Numbered from the stretch's first letter, positions 13,201 to 26,971 are shown. The stretch is DNA of 64,000 bases from Lama guanicoe (GCA_013239625.1 MU054117.1:1734011-1798010), one strand, 5' to 3'. Notes: generated from the letters alone by a model not told the origin. Numbers and translations are program-made.

Positions 13201-14349
13201 CACGAAGAAAAAAGAGTATTATACTGTTGACACTCAATTCCCAGCACTAAAAAAGATTTACTGAAAATACAGTAACAATTTGATTTGGAGAATTTATGAA
13301 AATTGACTGAAAAAAAGCACTTGGAAATAAGCAAAATGTATCAAAAGACAAAAGAGAAAATATAATTTGTTATCAAGCATATGGGGACAAGTTCTAAATA
13401 AAATATGAAGCAATGAGAAAGTTTAAAGATAATGCTATCGATAAATGTGCAGTGAAATAGTAACTCTCACTTGAGTCACCATCTCTTTTGGAAAACAACC
13501 TTACAATGTGCAGAAAGTATTTAAATGTTCCTATTCTTAGAACCAACAATCCCATTTCTGAATTTAATACTAAGAAAACAGTTTTAAACACTGAAATCTG
13601 AGGTATTAATTTGTGTTTTGTTCACAAGGCAATAGTTAAATTCCTTTCCCTATTCCAAGCCTTTGAAGTCTCTAGCCTCAAGGTCTTTTGTTATTTTAGA
13701 ACCAGCAATTAGAAGACAATCCCTTCAGCTGGCTTCTGTTTGAGACAGCCCAGGCCCAAAGCGAGCAACCAGAGAGGGAGGGAGACAGGAAGAAGAGGGA
13801 GTCTCAAGAGGTGGAAACTAGAGGGAAAGAAGGGGATTCGAAGATTCACGCAGACCCTCAACCCCAACTAGGAGGCGAGCGGATGGAGAGACAATGATGG
13901 CAAGAACTTTGTTTTCGAAATTCTGTGGAAGATTCTAACTTGGCCTTCAAAAGAAGCTTCCAGGCTTACAGAAATGAGCTTGTCAACGACAAGCAGTGTA
14001 GGAAGAAGACTAAAAAGCCCATTCCTGATAAGGCTCTGGACTGTATGAAGCTATCCAAGGACTGAGGGGAGGAGGAGTCGTACAAGGGAATAATGACCAG
14101 CTAAACTGGGTGAGGACACAACAGAGTAAATTTTTGTAAAATAGGAATATGGTATTTCATAGGTGCAACCTTAAAGAATGAGGCTCATGCCTACCGTAGT
14201 TATAATAAAAAATACCTAACAACACTGGTGGCAAAGTATGGTGTTTTCACATAAGGAACTGTTTTAAAAGAATTTATACTAATTCTTATGTTATAATGAA
14301 TTACAAAATTATCATAGTATAAAATTATACATACACACATACCTATGAT

Positions 14350-14452
14350 CCCAGCAGAACATAAGTTCCATGAGGGCAGAGTTTTTCTGTTTACCAATAA
14401 GACAATACCTGGCACACACAGATGATCAATAAATATTTGCTGAATAAATACA
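14350..14452 (+). mobile_element. L2 3' end
   Basis: TAAGTTCCATGAGGGCAG...CCTGGCACACAC...CAATAAATATTTGCTGAATAAAT. Confidence 0.7.
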
Positions 14453-16644
14453 AAGCCCATCTTGAGGAGCAGCGAGAAACAAAAGGAAAATACTCCAAAA
14501 AATGGTGTATCAGCATTGTCTTAGTAACGGAACTTTAGTGTAGTTATTTTGGTTCTATTTTTCCCTGTCTTCTAGGATGTCTCTGAGTATATTTAACTTC
14601 TATAATGGAAGGGAAAAAAAAACAATTAGAAAGCAGTTCACTTTAAATGCATTAAGAATTTCCTATATTTTCAAAGTTTCTCTGTAGAGCTCTACAGCTG
14701 CTCCAGAGGAGGCTAAATTGAAAGTTCAGATAAAGGAAGCAGATTTAAGTTATCTTGAGTGGGTAGGAAGTAGAAAAAAGCACACTAAGGTTTTTTCCCT
14801 GTAGTTTAGTCAATATACAAAACTAAACTTCCTCAAAGAACTTCAGTGTACTATTATTATAGTCCCAAACACTCAGCTTCTACAAACTTCTCAATCACAG
14901 TAATTGCTATAAAATCAAACTACTGATTTAACATATTCTGACCATGCCCAAAATCATGAGAGGCAGTGAATGAACTTTCTGTAAATCTCTCAACAAAGTC
15001 CGAAAGTGCAAAACATAATCAGCTTTGCAAGGTATCAACCATGACTTCTAAACTTCTGTTCAGAGTGATCAAATGCATCAAAGATCAGATTTCAAGATTT
15101 AGTTGTATAACTAAATGCATTTGTGGGCCAAACATTCTAATTGATTTTCTCTTATTGAGAATTAAAAAGAAATAATACATACTCTAAAATAGGAATTCAA
15201 GTGATGTACATACTAACTTAAGATCAAAATGTCAGTGCTGAAACGCATGTCACAACTTCATGTGCAGTAGTATAGAGTATCAAAAACAATTATAACAGTG
15301 CACACATGCTATCTTTTATCTAAATACTTACCAGTTTTTTAAATCTAAAATTTCAAATTTTAACATGAGAAATGCTTTTTTTCTAGGAGGTAAATCAGGC
15401 AAATTATACCACCTTACAGCATAATCACCACTGTAAAAGCACACACACCAATTAGGACTATAAACAGTGTTTGTCGGTTTTGCTCTAAAAACCTCAAATT
15501 TTTAAATGGGAAAATGCTTTTGTTATTCAGTAAAATGGGGAAAACTGTACCACCATACTGTATCACACACACAGAAATTATACTGTCACAAATGGTAACA
15601 ATGCTTATCTCTGGATGAAGAGATACATTCTAAGTATTTTTTTCCTTTTTTCCTCTAAATCCATTAATTCTTATAATGAGAATGTATTACTTTTATAAAT
15701 TTTTCTCTTAAAAATCTGTGTGTGATTAAGGATGGTTATAAAAACTATGGTGGAAATAAAAGAAGCTTGTAACTCAGATAACAGTCAAAATCAAATTAAC
15801 ATGTAGCTCTAAAAGATGACTATGAACAGGTTTTTATATAAAAGGAAAGCAGGCTTCTGTGGTCATTAAATTACCAGTTTGAAAAGCACTGTCTTGGCAT
15901 TTCAAATATTTTATAAGTTTATTAAAATAATGCAGTTAACTATATTTTCAATAATCTTTTCATCCTTATTTACTGTACAGGAACAACTAGCCAAAGAATT
16001 AACTATTTTGGAAAAACAATGCAAAGGAGTAGCTGAACAATAGAATAATGCCTCTTTTATAAGCAAAAAGATACCAAAAATTAATGTAACTTATTTCTTA
16101 ATATCATTAAAACAGGAATATGGGTACTAAATTGGGAGACAAGTTTAAAAATCCACAATGGCTAGCAATGACTAAAGAATATAAATAAAGCAGCAGTTTA
16201 CACATTCAATATACATATCCAAACATGCACTAGTAATTTATTTGAAATAGACTAAAGTCGTTACAGCAAATTATTTCAAGATGTGCAGAAAAACTGACTT
16301 CTAATATTCTCTAGGCAACAACTAAAGTACTCAAAGAACAAGGCCATAAGAAATATTTGTGATACAGACATGCTGGTAAATAACAAGACGAGATAAAATT
16401 TTAAAGGACTAGATGCCAATTTTCATAATAATCAAGTATTAAAAGCACCACAAATCAAAAAGAAAAGACTTTTAAAACCCAAGTTTATATGCTCATCAAC
16501 AACCAAAGAATTATGATTTGTAAAGGGTGCTACGGAAAGAAACCACAAAAAGGAATGTGCTAAGATATGTTTTAAAAGGAAGTAGTAAACTTAATTTACT
16601 GCAGCATCAGCTCTCTTATAACACTGTAACAGAACAGTCAGTGT

Positions 16645-16900
16645 CAGTAGCAGCTAACAGAAATATGTGAACTATACATGCACTTTTAAATTTTCAGGTA
16701 GCCACATTAGAAAAGTACAAAGAAACAGATGAAATTAATAATACATCTATTTACCCAGTATATCCAAACATTATCATTTCAACATTTTTAATTGGATTGT
16801 TTTAACCTTAAAAAAATACTAAGACTTCAAAATCAAATGCATCTTGTATACACAGCATGTGTCGTCAATCTGGATGCTAAATTTTCACCAGAAAAATCTT
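16645..16900. mobile_element. MER33-like hAT-Charlie MITE
   Basis: TTTTAAATTTTCAGGTAGCCACATT...TATATCCAAACATTATCATTTCAACAT. Confidence 0.6.
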
Positions 16901-17269
16901 AGAAAACACTACATACTGAATTTAATACTAAGATTCATAGAAGTTACCTTAATTTTTAGGGAATGATTTTGAATTTGTGTGAGGGAAACACTCTCCTGGA
17001 TAACTGCATAAATGGATATTCATTTATCCATGGATAAAATTCATGGCAGTTCATGTTACCTGTTTTCCTGTATGCCAGAAAAAAAGCTGTATCATATTCC
17101 CAAAAGCAGCAGCAGAAAGAATAAGAGGACAGCCAGTAAATTAACTTTAAAAGAGAGGAAGATGTCAGAGAGAGAAGGGATGGTAGACCTGCTGAAGTGA
17201 GAGGAGTGCCTGAGGGGATACAAGTCCAGGGGAGCTCAGAGGTCGGTGACTATGAATGCTTTTACTCTC

Positions 17270-18020
17270 AACACTGATACCAACTGCATGGTGGTTTTTC
17301 ACACCATGGACAAATTCTTCAGTTCTCTGGTCACCAACTGGGTGTCCTACTGATTCAATTCATTCCCGACACTAACCACCTGGAGTTATTAGCACAGACC
17401 CCACAGCTTAAGGGCTCAGTCCCACAATACTGCCCCCACTTCAGATGTTAGCTGCAAGTCCCAGGCTGCCGCCTACAAGTCTGATCAACAAGCTATAAAT
17501 CAGGGGTTCCCATGACCCACTCCTCAAGTTTGACAATTTGCTGGAGTTGCTCACTAAACTCAGAAACAGCCAAATGGAAGAGATGCATAGGGCAAGGTAT
17601 GGGAGGAGGGCCACAGAGCTTCCATGCTCTCCTTCTCGGATGCACCACCCTCCTAGCACCTTGAAGTGTTCATGAACATGGAAGCTCTCCAAACTCTGTT
17701 GTTTATGGGTTTTTTATGGAGGTTTGATTACACAGGCATAGTTGATCAAACCTATGGCCATTAGTGATTAGTTCAATCTCCAGCTCCTCTGCTGTTCCCC
17801 CAGAGGTGGGGATGGGAAGAGGGCTGAAAGCTCAAACCCTATAATCATGCCTAGGTCTTTCTGGTGACCAGCCCCTATCCTGAAGTATCTAGGGGCCAGT
17901 CAAGAGTCACTTCATTAGAACAAAAGATACTCCTATCACTCTGGAAATTCCAAGGCATTTAGGAGGCGTGTTTCAGGAAGCAGGAGCAAAGATCACATAT
18001 ATATTTCTAGATTATACCAC
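17270..18020 (-). mobile_element. MER21-like LTR
   Basis: CAATTCATTCCCGACACTAACCACCTGGAGTT...AAGGGCTCAGTCCCACAATACTGCCCCCACTTCAGATG...GGAAATTCCAAGGCATTTAGGAG. Confidence 0.75.
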
Positions 18021-20883
18021 TCTGTACATAATTTGGGATGATGAGAACCAGGTTTGACACTCTCAGAGAACCAAAGTATACATATGCAGAAAGGGGGAAG
18101 CTAGAATGACCTCTATGTTGAATTAGAACTGGATGTGATTCTATGATGAACTCATGGCTTTCAATAGACTGATACAGATGTACACACACCCAGAGGCAAA
18201 AACACACATGCATACATATAAACACTCCCTAACTCTTTACTAAAACAGCCCCGGGAGCCATGTGCATACTTAACACTGAGATCCAATTTTCTGAATTCTG
18301 TTTTACAATAAAAGAAACCAGACTCTTGGAGAAATGGCTGGTCCACGGCTGGGGTAGGGAAAGAATTAGATGAACCTGAAACATATTGTACAAAAAGATT
18401 ATTATCAAAAAAGTATAAGACCATGTTAGTAAAAAAAAGATACAGAAGGCAGCTTCTGGCCAGATCTGGGACAACTGTCATGTTTGGAAGTACCTCAGAG
18501 TAAAAAGTTTGTTTTTGTTTTTTTTTTTAAGTATTACTATATCTATGCATCCCATGAAGAGGGAAAAAAGAGTAATGGAAAATGGCCAAGATTCTCAGCA
18601 CAGAAATCAAAGCCATGATTTAGCCATAAAATGCTAACCAGCAAACATCACTATTCCTCTCCTCTCCACTTACATCCAAGAAAAAAAAAAAAATCTGTAG
18701 AGACACAAAGAAACTACCGATACAAATGCAACACAGACAGCTTGTCCAGAAGTAAAATCTAAACTAGCTCCTCTACACAGCAAGGTACCTGGTTAGGCAG
18801 AACCAACATTTAAATTGAGAGTCTACTATTTAAAGATTGCTGGTGGCTTTTTTCTGTCCAAGCAAAAAAAGAGTGATGCACCTTGGGAATCATCTTCTTT
18901 GCTCTGGGAAGGACCACTGGAGTGGACCTTTTGTTTTCAATTGAAGCAAATTCTCTTGCCCAAAACAAAGGGTACACAACAAGCTCTATTTCTGACTTGA
19001 TAAAAGCTATCCCTACCAGTAATATTAACTGTCCTGAGCTAAGATACAGTGTGTGGAAGAATGGAAAAGAAGGCCAAAAAGTCTTCTGGTAAGCAACTGA
19101 GACTCCAAGGCCTCTCCTTTTCAGTTTACTGTTATCAGAAATTCTGATTGACTCAAATGGCCTTGAAAGAGGTCCACTGGCAGGAAAATTTCCCCCATCT
19201 TGAACACACACTAACACAACTTACCTTGAAAGGAGAATTAAAGTCTAAACCTATGCCTACACATGAAAGAGGGAGGTGTGATTTGCACAGTGTGTAGCTA
19301 AAGCTGAAGACCCCTATAAATCCAGCTACTCTGACCACAACAGGAATATTTTTAAAAATCTGCCATGTTTTGAGGCACACCTTGTGTGCCTCAACTATGG
19401 ATTCCTGCTGGTGTAGCAGTATGGGACTGTCTGACTTCAAAGGAGCATTTCAACCTAAAGAACATCCAGGACTCCAGGCCCATGGGATGACAAGCTTGTT
19501 AGACTGCTGGCCGATACGTACACACCTACCACTAACCCGCACACGTTAGGAGTGTTATTAAACTGTTTATACCAAGTCCTGCTACCGGGAGAAGAAAACT
19601 TCAATTATCTGGACATCTTACTGGAGATGAGGTAGCATCTTATGCCCATAACAATGCTGAATAAATTAAACATTCCAGAAGATTTCAAAACAAAATTATG
19701 TAATTAAGTGAGATTTCTATTTGGTGTTCATACAAACAAGAGAGCCAAATCCTTCTCAATAAGATATATCATATGTCAAAGTAAACAGTGTAGAGAAGGA
19801 AAAAAAAGATTAAGATTTGAAAAAAAAATCATGGGAAAAAATGAATTCATACTGCCACTATCAACAACTAAAGCTAACAGACTATAACCTCAATCTCCAA
19901 AGTAAACAAAACTGAAGTCCTATGGAAATTACCCTTATTCTGCTTCCTGGTGAGTCAAAAAATAGCACTGATACCTAACAATTTTAGGAATTTGTAAGTC
20001 CAATTAATTCTTATTAACAATGTAAAACTTGAAAATGAACAATCTGTACACAAAGATATCATCTAAAGACCATTGACCAAAACCCTACTAACACTATAAC
20101 CAATCTGTCTCTAGTAGATGGAAATTTGATACACATAGATCACTAGAAATAACATTCCCTCTCCTTGAAGACTTAAGTCTAAAAAGAACATTCTGTATCG
20201 TAACCAAATGTAGCATGAATGTCAGACTACAGGAGAGAATCGGCACATCACTCTCAATGACTGAATATTCTGGAAACTAGTTGATAAATGGCATACGAAG
20301 TATGAAAACTTATTTGGATTGCATGTAACCATCCACAAAGAATAACCAAAACTAAAACAGTAACTGGCTTAAAATAGACTCTTACTATAGAGACTTAGTA
20401 GATACTGATGCAGAGAAAGCAGACAAAATACTGTATTTCAATGTTTCAACTTTTAAAGACCCTTCCACGCTCACATACATGTCATCCTTGATCACACATT
20501 CTACTTAGCCAAACTTTCTTGCCCCATATTTGTTCAAATTTGTCTAAAGAAATGGCCTACTGTCTCTACTTCTTAACCTCCCTCAGCCATTTTTTAAACC
20601 CACTGCAAATTTTCTACTCTTCCACAACTGTAAGATCACCAGATATCCAGAGCAAGTGTGACATAATGTTAATCTTTGTTAATTCTGCATGTATATGGTG
20701 AGTTTGTAATATCTTCTGTACATCTTTTCCAAAAAAGGAGACATTATTATAAATAGAGAACACATTTGTAAGCATATAACTTCAGTTATAAAAGCACCAC
20801 TGTATATTTTTTGTGGTGTGCACTATATCTCAGTAAACCTATTTAAAAAAAAAAAAGGCATAACTCAACCCACGATCTAGATA

Positions 20884-21065
20884 CAGCATGCTCCATCAGA
20901 ACTTTCTGCCATGATGGAAATGCTCTATATGTGCTATCCAACATAGGAGCCACACATGGCTCTTGACCACCTGAAATTTGGTCAGTGCAACTGAAGAAGT
21001 AAACTTTAAATTTATTTCATTTTAATTAATTTAAATTTAAATAGCCACATAACACTTTATGGATA
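20884..21065 (+). mobile_element. MER3 hAT-Charlie MITE
   Basis: AGAACTTTCTGCCATGATGGAAATG...TTTAAATTTAAATAGCCACAT. Confidence 0.8.
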
Positions 21066-21169
21066 GTGAACTTTATTGGAAAGTGAATAGTGCCTAAATG
21101 GAGGATATTATCACAGACTGACATCTACTTATACGCTCCTTACTCAACCTCCCCTTCTCACCTAAGTAA

Positions 21170-21985
21170 TCCTGAATGTTGTCGTTAATGACTTAATAGC
21201 CAAATGCAATTAACCATTTCAACAGCCTAACCTCTACACTTCTTTTCCACTCCTTCTACAATTCATTCTCCACAGTTACTACTATGCAAATTGGACTTTT
21301 CTGCCATACTCCTGTCTGGAAAATTTTATTCCCTTGATTATTACCATTCTCCTAGTGTTTATTTAGTCCAACCCCTGGTCTTTCTTTTTCTTTTGCCTAC
21401 CCAGTAATTATTCCTATTTTGCCCTAGGCCTTTATTCTCCCCTGTCTCTTCCTCTCTTTCTCTCTCCATATATATTCTCCCCTAAGATGATTTCATTTAT
21501 TCCCATTATTTCATCTATGACTAATACAGACATTTGGGAATCACTGGCCTCTATTTCTACCTCAGACCTGTTCTCTGAGCTTCAGTGAACCTGCAGGTTT
21601 AACTAGCATCTCAAAACTCCACATGTCAAACTGAGAGCATCAACACCTATTCCCCTCTTAAAAAAGCAAAACCCCTGCTCTTTCTTACTCCCTCCCTCAG
21701 CTGATAGTACCATCATCTAGCCCACCCTCTTAACTATGCTTCGTTTTTCCTCCAAATTCCGCTCAGCACTAAACCCCGCATACTTTATACACTAAATATT
21801 TAAAGAATCCACTTCTCTATTACTGCCCTAGTTCAGGCCCTCGGAATCTCATATCCATACACAAACTAAACTCTACCATCTCCAGAACTCCTGAAATCCA
21901 TTCTCCAGAATTTCTGCTACGCAAATCTAACCAATTAACTTCTTTGCTTAAAATTCTTTAGTTACTCTCCACTGCCTACAGCTAT
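21170..21985 (+). mobile_element. L2 LINE fragment
   Basis: Pyrimidine-rich L2 motifs (CAGACCTGTTCTCTGAGCTTCAG, CATCTCAAAACTCCACATGTCAAACTGA, CTACTGCCCTAGTTCAGGCCC-like). Confidence 0.6.
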
Positions 21986-22155
21986 TAGTGGGTGAAGGGT
22001 GTGTGGAAAGTTCAAAGAGCATGTAAATATGATAATGATGTCTAGGAACTCTTCAGCATGTTAAAGAGGCGATCTGTTACATTTTCCAAATTTACCTTAA
22101 TCCACAGTGATCTACCAGTCCGAGTAAAGAGAGTATTCACACAGAGATAAATATA

Positions 22156-22512
22156 TAGTCATCCCTCAATGTCTAAGGGGAACTGGTTCCAGGCATGCTC
22201 CCCAACCCCCACTCCATGGATACCCAAATCCACAGCTGCTCAAGTCCTTTTTATAAAATGGTGTATTTGTATACAACCTATACACCCTCCTGTATACTTT
22301 AAATCATCTCTAGATTACTTATAATACCTAATACAATGTACATTCTATAAAATAGCTATAAACATGACATAAATGCTATGTACACAGTTGCTGCAAGTGT
22401 GGCAAATTCAACTTCTGCTTTTTGGAACTTTCTCGAATTTTTTTCCTGAATATTTCCCATCTACAGTTGGTTGAATCTTTGGATGCAAAATCTGCAGATA
22501 TGGAGGGCTGTT
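22156..22512 (+). mobile_element. MER2-like Tigger MITE
   Basis: TAGTCATCCCTC...TGGTTCCAGG...CTCCTGTATACTTTAAATCATCTCTAGATTACTTATAATACCTAATACAATGTA...GATATGGAGGGCTG. Confidence 0.8.
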
Positions 22513-24109
22513 TATCATGTTATTTAGCTCAAAACTATTAGCCATGAAGATGATCCTAACATTATCCCAAACAATCTTTTTCCTTCTATCAACTAATAGA
22601 GAAAATGTGCACATCAATAATAATTTGATTCACTAATTTGTTTTCTTTCTCACTGCTTGGTTTATGTATTAGTTTGTGCTTGATTAACACAAGACTATTC
22701 ACCAGGCACAAAAAAAAAAAAAAAAAAAAAACAGATCACCTGTCTCAAAAACTGAATCCTGCCTGCCCAACAGGCATCTACAGAATGTCTCTTTTTTACC
22801 TAACCTGAATATGACGATTATACCAAGTAGATTTCCAAATACGCTTTCTTAAATTATTCCTAAAGTCTTAAATTTCTTAAGATTTCTTAAATTCCTGAGA
22901 AAACTGTGCTTGTGAGAATCTGATGATTCTTTTCTAAAAATCACTAAGCACATTAATTTAGCATGTCACATTTAATATGTCAATCTTGCAATGCCAAGAC
23001 TCAAGTCACATCAAAAACTAAATTCTTTATGAAAGCCCACCTGAAAAATCTAAATTAATATAAATTAAGGTAGAGATATTATCCAATCAATTAAGTCAAC
23101 CACAATATCAAGCAACCTAATGTTTCTCCTATCTTTTTAAAACTACATATAAAATTATGTCTGCCACCTGTCAAAGGCACAATCCTCTTTCAAATAAAAA
23201 CACTCTTAAGAAAAGTTTCTGGCAATTTCTCTTCAATTGGAAAAGCTGCTCCCCTTTGTCTTAATATTTAATAAAATTCCTAAGTTGACAGAATAAAAAG
23301 CTCCTAAAACCCAACTTTAAGAAGTTAAAACATTCAATTTATAACAAGTGATAACTTATGGACTTCAAAATAGAATTTTTTAAAAGCATCACTATCCTTT
23401 TTATTATATTGTATATAACACCACATTTTTCAAAGTACCTTCAGGTGCTATTTCAGTTGCTCCTCAGCAATCTTGTGAAGTCAGTAAGACAGGTCACTAA
23501 TCAGTGTTACACTAATAAACCAGTGTTACAGATTAAGTTCCTTACTCGGGGTCAGATAAGTGGGTAACACAGAACCCAAGTGTTGCGCCTTAAAGCTCAT
23601 TTCCGTTATATAGCATTGTATTATGCCATAGTGAACTCTGCAAATACAAGATTGGAGAATCTGCTGTGGACCAAAGAAAGGCAAGGAATATGGATGAAAC
23701 GACCGTGAGATCTACAACTATTCCTAACTAACATAAAAACATTATTTATTGAAGTATATTGAGCATCTACTTATATCTTCAAAGAGCTCAAAGACTAATG
23801 GAGTAGACAAAGAATGTAAACGATTTTTAATCAATTTGAAGAAAACTGTAAGTATGATCCTAAGAGAATGATCCTAGCAAATTCTGGAAACTAGTCATTG
23901 AAAACAGTTGGCATTTGGGAAAGTAACAGGTCATGAAATTAAAAAGTTAGGCAGAGGACAGAAAAAGAATCTGAAAGCACTGATGACACCATTTCAACTC
24001 AACATTTCTTCTGTAAGAATGGTAGCAACAGTAAGAGTTTTACTACATTTTTCAAGCATAAATGTAAACAAATCAAAATCTTCATCAGTAGCCTAAAAAA
24101 GATGTTGCA

Positions 24110-24330
24110 TTATCACAGTTAATATTTATTTGCCAGGTCCTGTCCTAAATGTTTTTTATATATACTTATTCATTTAATCATCACAACACCTCTGTAAAAT
24201 AGATACTCTTACTGCATTTCATTTCACATATAAGAAACTAGCACAAAAGTTACCCAAGGTGACACAATCATTAGATGAGCCAGGATCTGAATTGAAAGGC
24301 AGGCATTTTAGTTCTTAATCACTGTGTTAT
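24110..24330 (-). mobile_element. MIR SINE
   Basis: TTATTCATTTAATCATCACAACAC...GTTACCCAAGGTGACACA...GAGCCAGGATCTGAA. Confidence 0.6.
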
Positions 24331-24988
24331 ACTGAAGAAAAATAGTGCCAATCTAAATTCAGGTCATGCGAAGTCTCACCTATTCCTGCACACTTGGTTG
24401 GTCCTTGAAAAGAAAAAAAAAAGCAAGATGCTATAAATAAGTAAATATAAAGAACTGGTACAGCAAAGCCTAATAACTAATTATTATCAATTTTTTCACA
24501 CTACACTAACATTTTCAGAAATTATAATTTGAACATAATCACTGTTACTGCTTTTATAGCTTTATCTAAAAAATTTAGAAGCAACCAGAAAACATAAATA
24601 ACAGGTTTGGGATGATTACTGAAAACGTGAGCCAGTTTTAGTTGAATGTTTCCACAGGCATTAACTAGGATGACTTTCAGATGACCAGGATCTTGCACTA
24701 GAAGATGAATGTCAAGAAATGAACTCAAGTCACCTGGCAACAATAGATTCCCAATTTGTTTTACACAAAAACAACCTCTTTCCAAGTTCTTACACTAGAA
24801 ACAACTGTGATACTAAAGGTCAAAGAAAGGTAAATAAGAGAAAAGAAAAACATTTAAGACTAAGTAAGAGCTAATTATGTCATTAAAAATCAACCTAATT
24901 CTCAATTCCTGTACCACAAAGGTTACTTTTTAGAGAAATCTACATATATTTCAGCCGCTCTTCCCCCACCCCTTCCTCTGACATTAAC

Positions 24989-25063
24989 AGAGGTGTTGGG
25001 GATTGAACCCAGAACTTCGTGCACACCAACCAAGTGCTCTACCACTGAGCTATACCCCAACCC
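24989..25063 (-). mobile_element. tRNA-Ala-derived SINE, variant anticodon loop
   Basis: Reverse complement GGGGTATAGCTCAGTGGTAGAGCACTTGGTTGGTGTGCACGAAGTTCTGGGTTCAATCCCCAACACCTCTG has A and B boxes. Confidence 0.85.
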
Positions 25064-25349
25064 TACATATATTTTAAATCAAATCTTACCTGGCCAAAAG
25101 TATCCTGTGTTTATGTCTAATCTGCCCTGTTTAGAAGGGACAAAGGATTATTTTAAACAAGACACCAATCATTCTTTAACTTGCACAGCAGCTACCCTTG
25201 ACCCATACTCCAAATCAGTGACCCTGAGAATTTAAAAACAAACAGGAAAACTCTGAAGACTATTCCCTGAAATTTAGTTCCTGAGACTGAAAGTTACTGC
25301 AGATTCCTAAAAAACAAGGAATATGGCACAAATTTAAAAAGTAAAGATA

Positions 25350-25538
25350 TATATATACAAAATAAACAAGGACCAACTGTATGGCACAAGGAACTATATA
25401 GTCAATATCTTATAATAACCTATAATGGAAAAAGAATATATATGTATAATTGAGTCACTTTGCTGTGCACCTGAAACTAACATTGTAAATCAACTATACT
25501 TCAATAAAAGTAAATTTAAAAATGAAAAACCACACAAA
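25350..25538 (+). mobile_element. Artiodactyl-type L1 3' end
   Basis: GAGTCACTTTGCTGTGCACCTGAAACTAACATTGTAAATCAACTATACTTCAATAAAA; 14-bp TSD AAAAAGTAAAGATA at 25336-25349 and 25539-25552. Confidence 0.85.
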
Positions 25539-26091
25539 AAAAAGTAAAGATAAAAAAAAATCCACAATATTCAAGTAGGAAGATACAGTTCAATGACACA
25601 TTTTAAGAACTACAGCAATGAAATAAATTATGGTTTCTTAATCACAGAACCACATCCAATTTCTTCAGCATTCATAAACTTTTCATATAACATTAGTATC
25701 ATATACTCATGAAGAGACATGAGCTTTAACTTACTAAAAGTCAGAGAAAAGCAGGCTCTATTTTGGAGCTCAGACAAAATTTATGATTTGACCTCCCCTT
25801 TCAGGTAGATCTGGAAACAATCTCATCAATATATCAAATGAACTCAGTACTTGGATACAGCATGGGAAGAAAAGTGCTTAAAATAAATAAATCATTCTTG
25901 AAACTGTGTATAATTATATGTTTTCTTAAAGCAAGTTATACTATGTTTCTTTAAAAAAAAAAATCCCTCCCTAAAAAGGCAATGTGAACTCTTCAAAGCC
26001 CAGCAGTAACATTTTCTGACCAAGGAAATAGAGAAGTCAGATTAAGGCACATCACTTGCCCAATAAAACCAGATAAAAAAAAAATCTGCAT

Positions 26092-26275
26092 TTTTTTTAA
26101 TGTTTATTTTTTTAATGTTTATTTTTTTATTGAGTTATAGTCAGTTTACAATGTGTCAATTTCTGGTGTACAGCACAATTCTTCAGTCATACACGAAAAT
26201 ACATATATTTATTTTCATATTCTTTTTCACCATGAGCTACAAGATACTGAATATTATTTCCCTGTGCTATACAAG
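26092..26275 (-). mobile_element. Young L1 3' end (sense to WNK1)
   Basis: T-rich tail then TATAGTCAGTTTACAATGTGTCAATTTCTGGTGTACAGCA; TSD AAATCTGCAT at 26082-26091 and 26276-26285. Confidence 0.85.
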
Positions 26276-26971
26276 AAATCTGCATCTTAAAAACTCAGTT
26301 ATCACTGAAAATCCTGTGCTATCAAAATATTACCTACATATTAAGAATCAATACTTATTTTAATAGATAACTATGCATATTGTGACTCTAAAAATAAGCC
26401 TAACGGAAACAAGTCTGACTTATGTACCACACTTACCCATTCTTCATCCCAAAAAGGTGAGGTGATAAAATCAATACCCAAATCAAGTCTGGAATTTGCC
26501 ATGGCTACAGGATCGAATTTCTCCAGAAATACAACAGTAAATTCCGCACCAAAACAAACATTACATCCTGAGAAGTCTTAAACGTTAAATAATTGAAACT
26601 AACAAAATTAATCCATAAAGTGTTCAACATTTACTTGAGTCCAGGCTTAAGAGCATGGTAACTAATCAAGAAAAAAATGTTAAAAAGCACCTATTCAAAT
26701 ATGAAACTATAGCAGAATACAATCCAGCATCAGTAGCAATAGGCATCCTGGATACAAAAAAAAAAGTCTGCCAGTAAACTAAGTTTGCCTGTAAACCAAA
26801 AGGAATCAGATCTAAGTTTTTGAGAATGAGCAATAGAAATAAAGTTAGTTTCACAATTTAAAAAGTCTGCCACCTTTCCAACTCTAAAACACTATAAAAT
26901 TGAGTGGTTTTTATTTCACAACACCTTAGACCTTCTCTATCACCAACTACAACTTGAGAAATTAAGTTCCT

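Noticed and set aside
18810..19440. Cluster of short ORFs as a processed pseudogene
   Set aside because: No recognisable protein in any frame, and no poly(A) tail or TSD.
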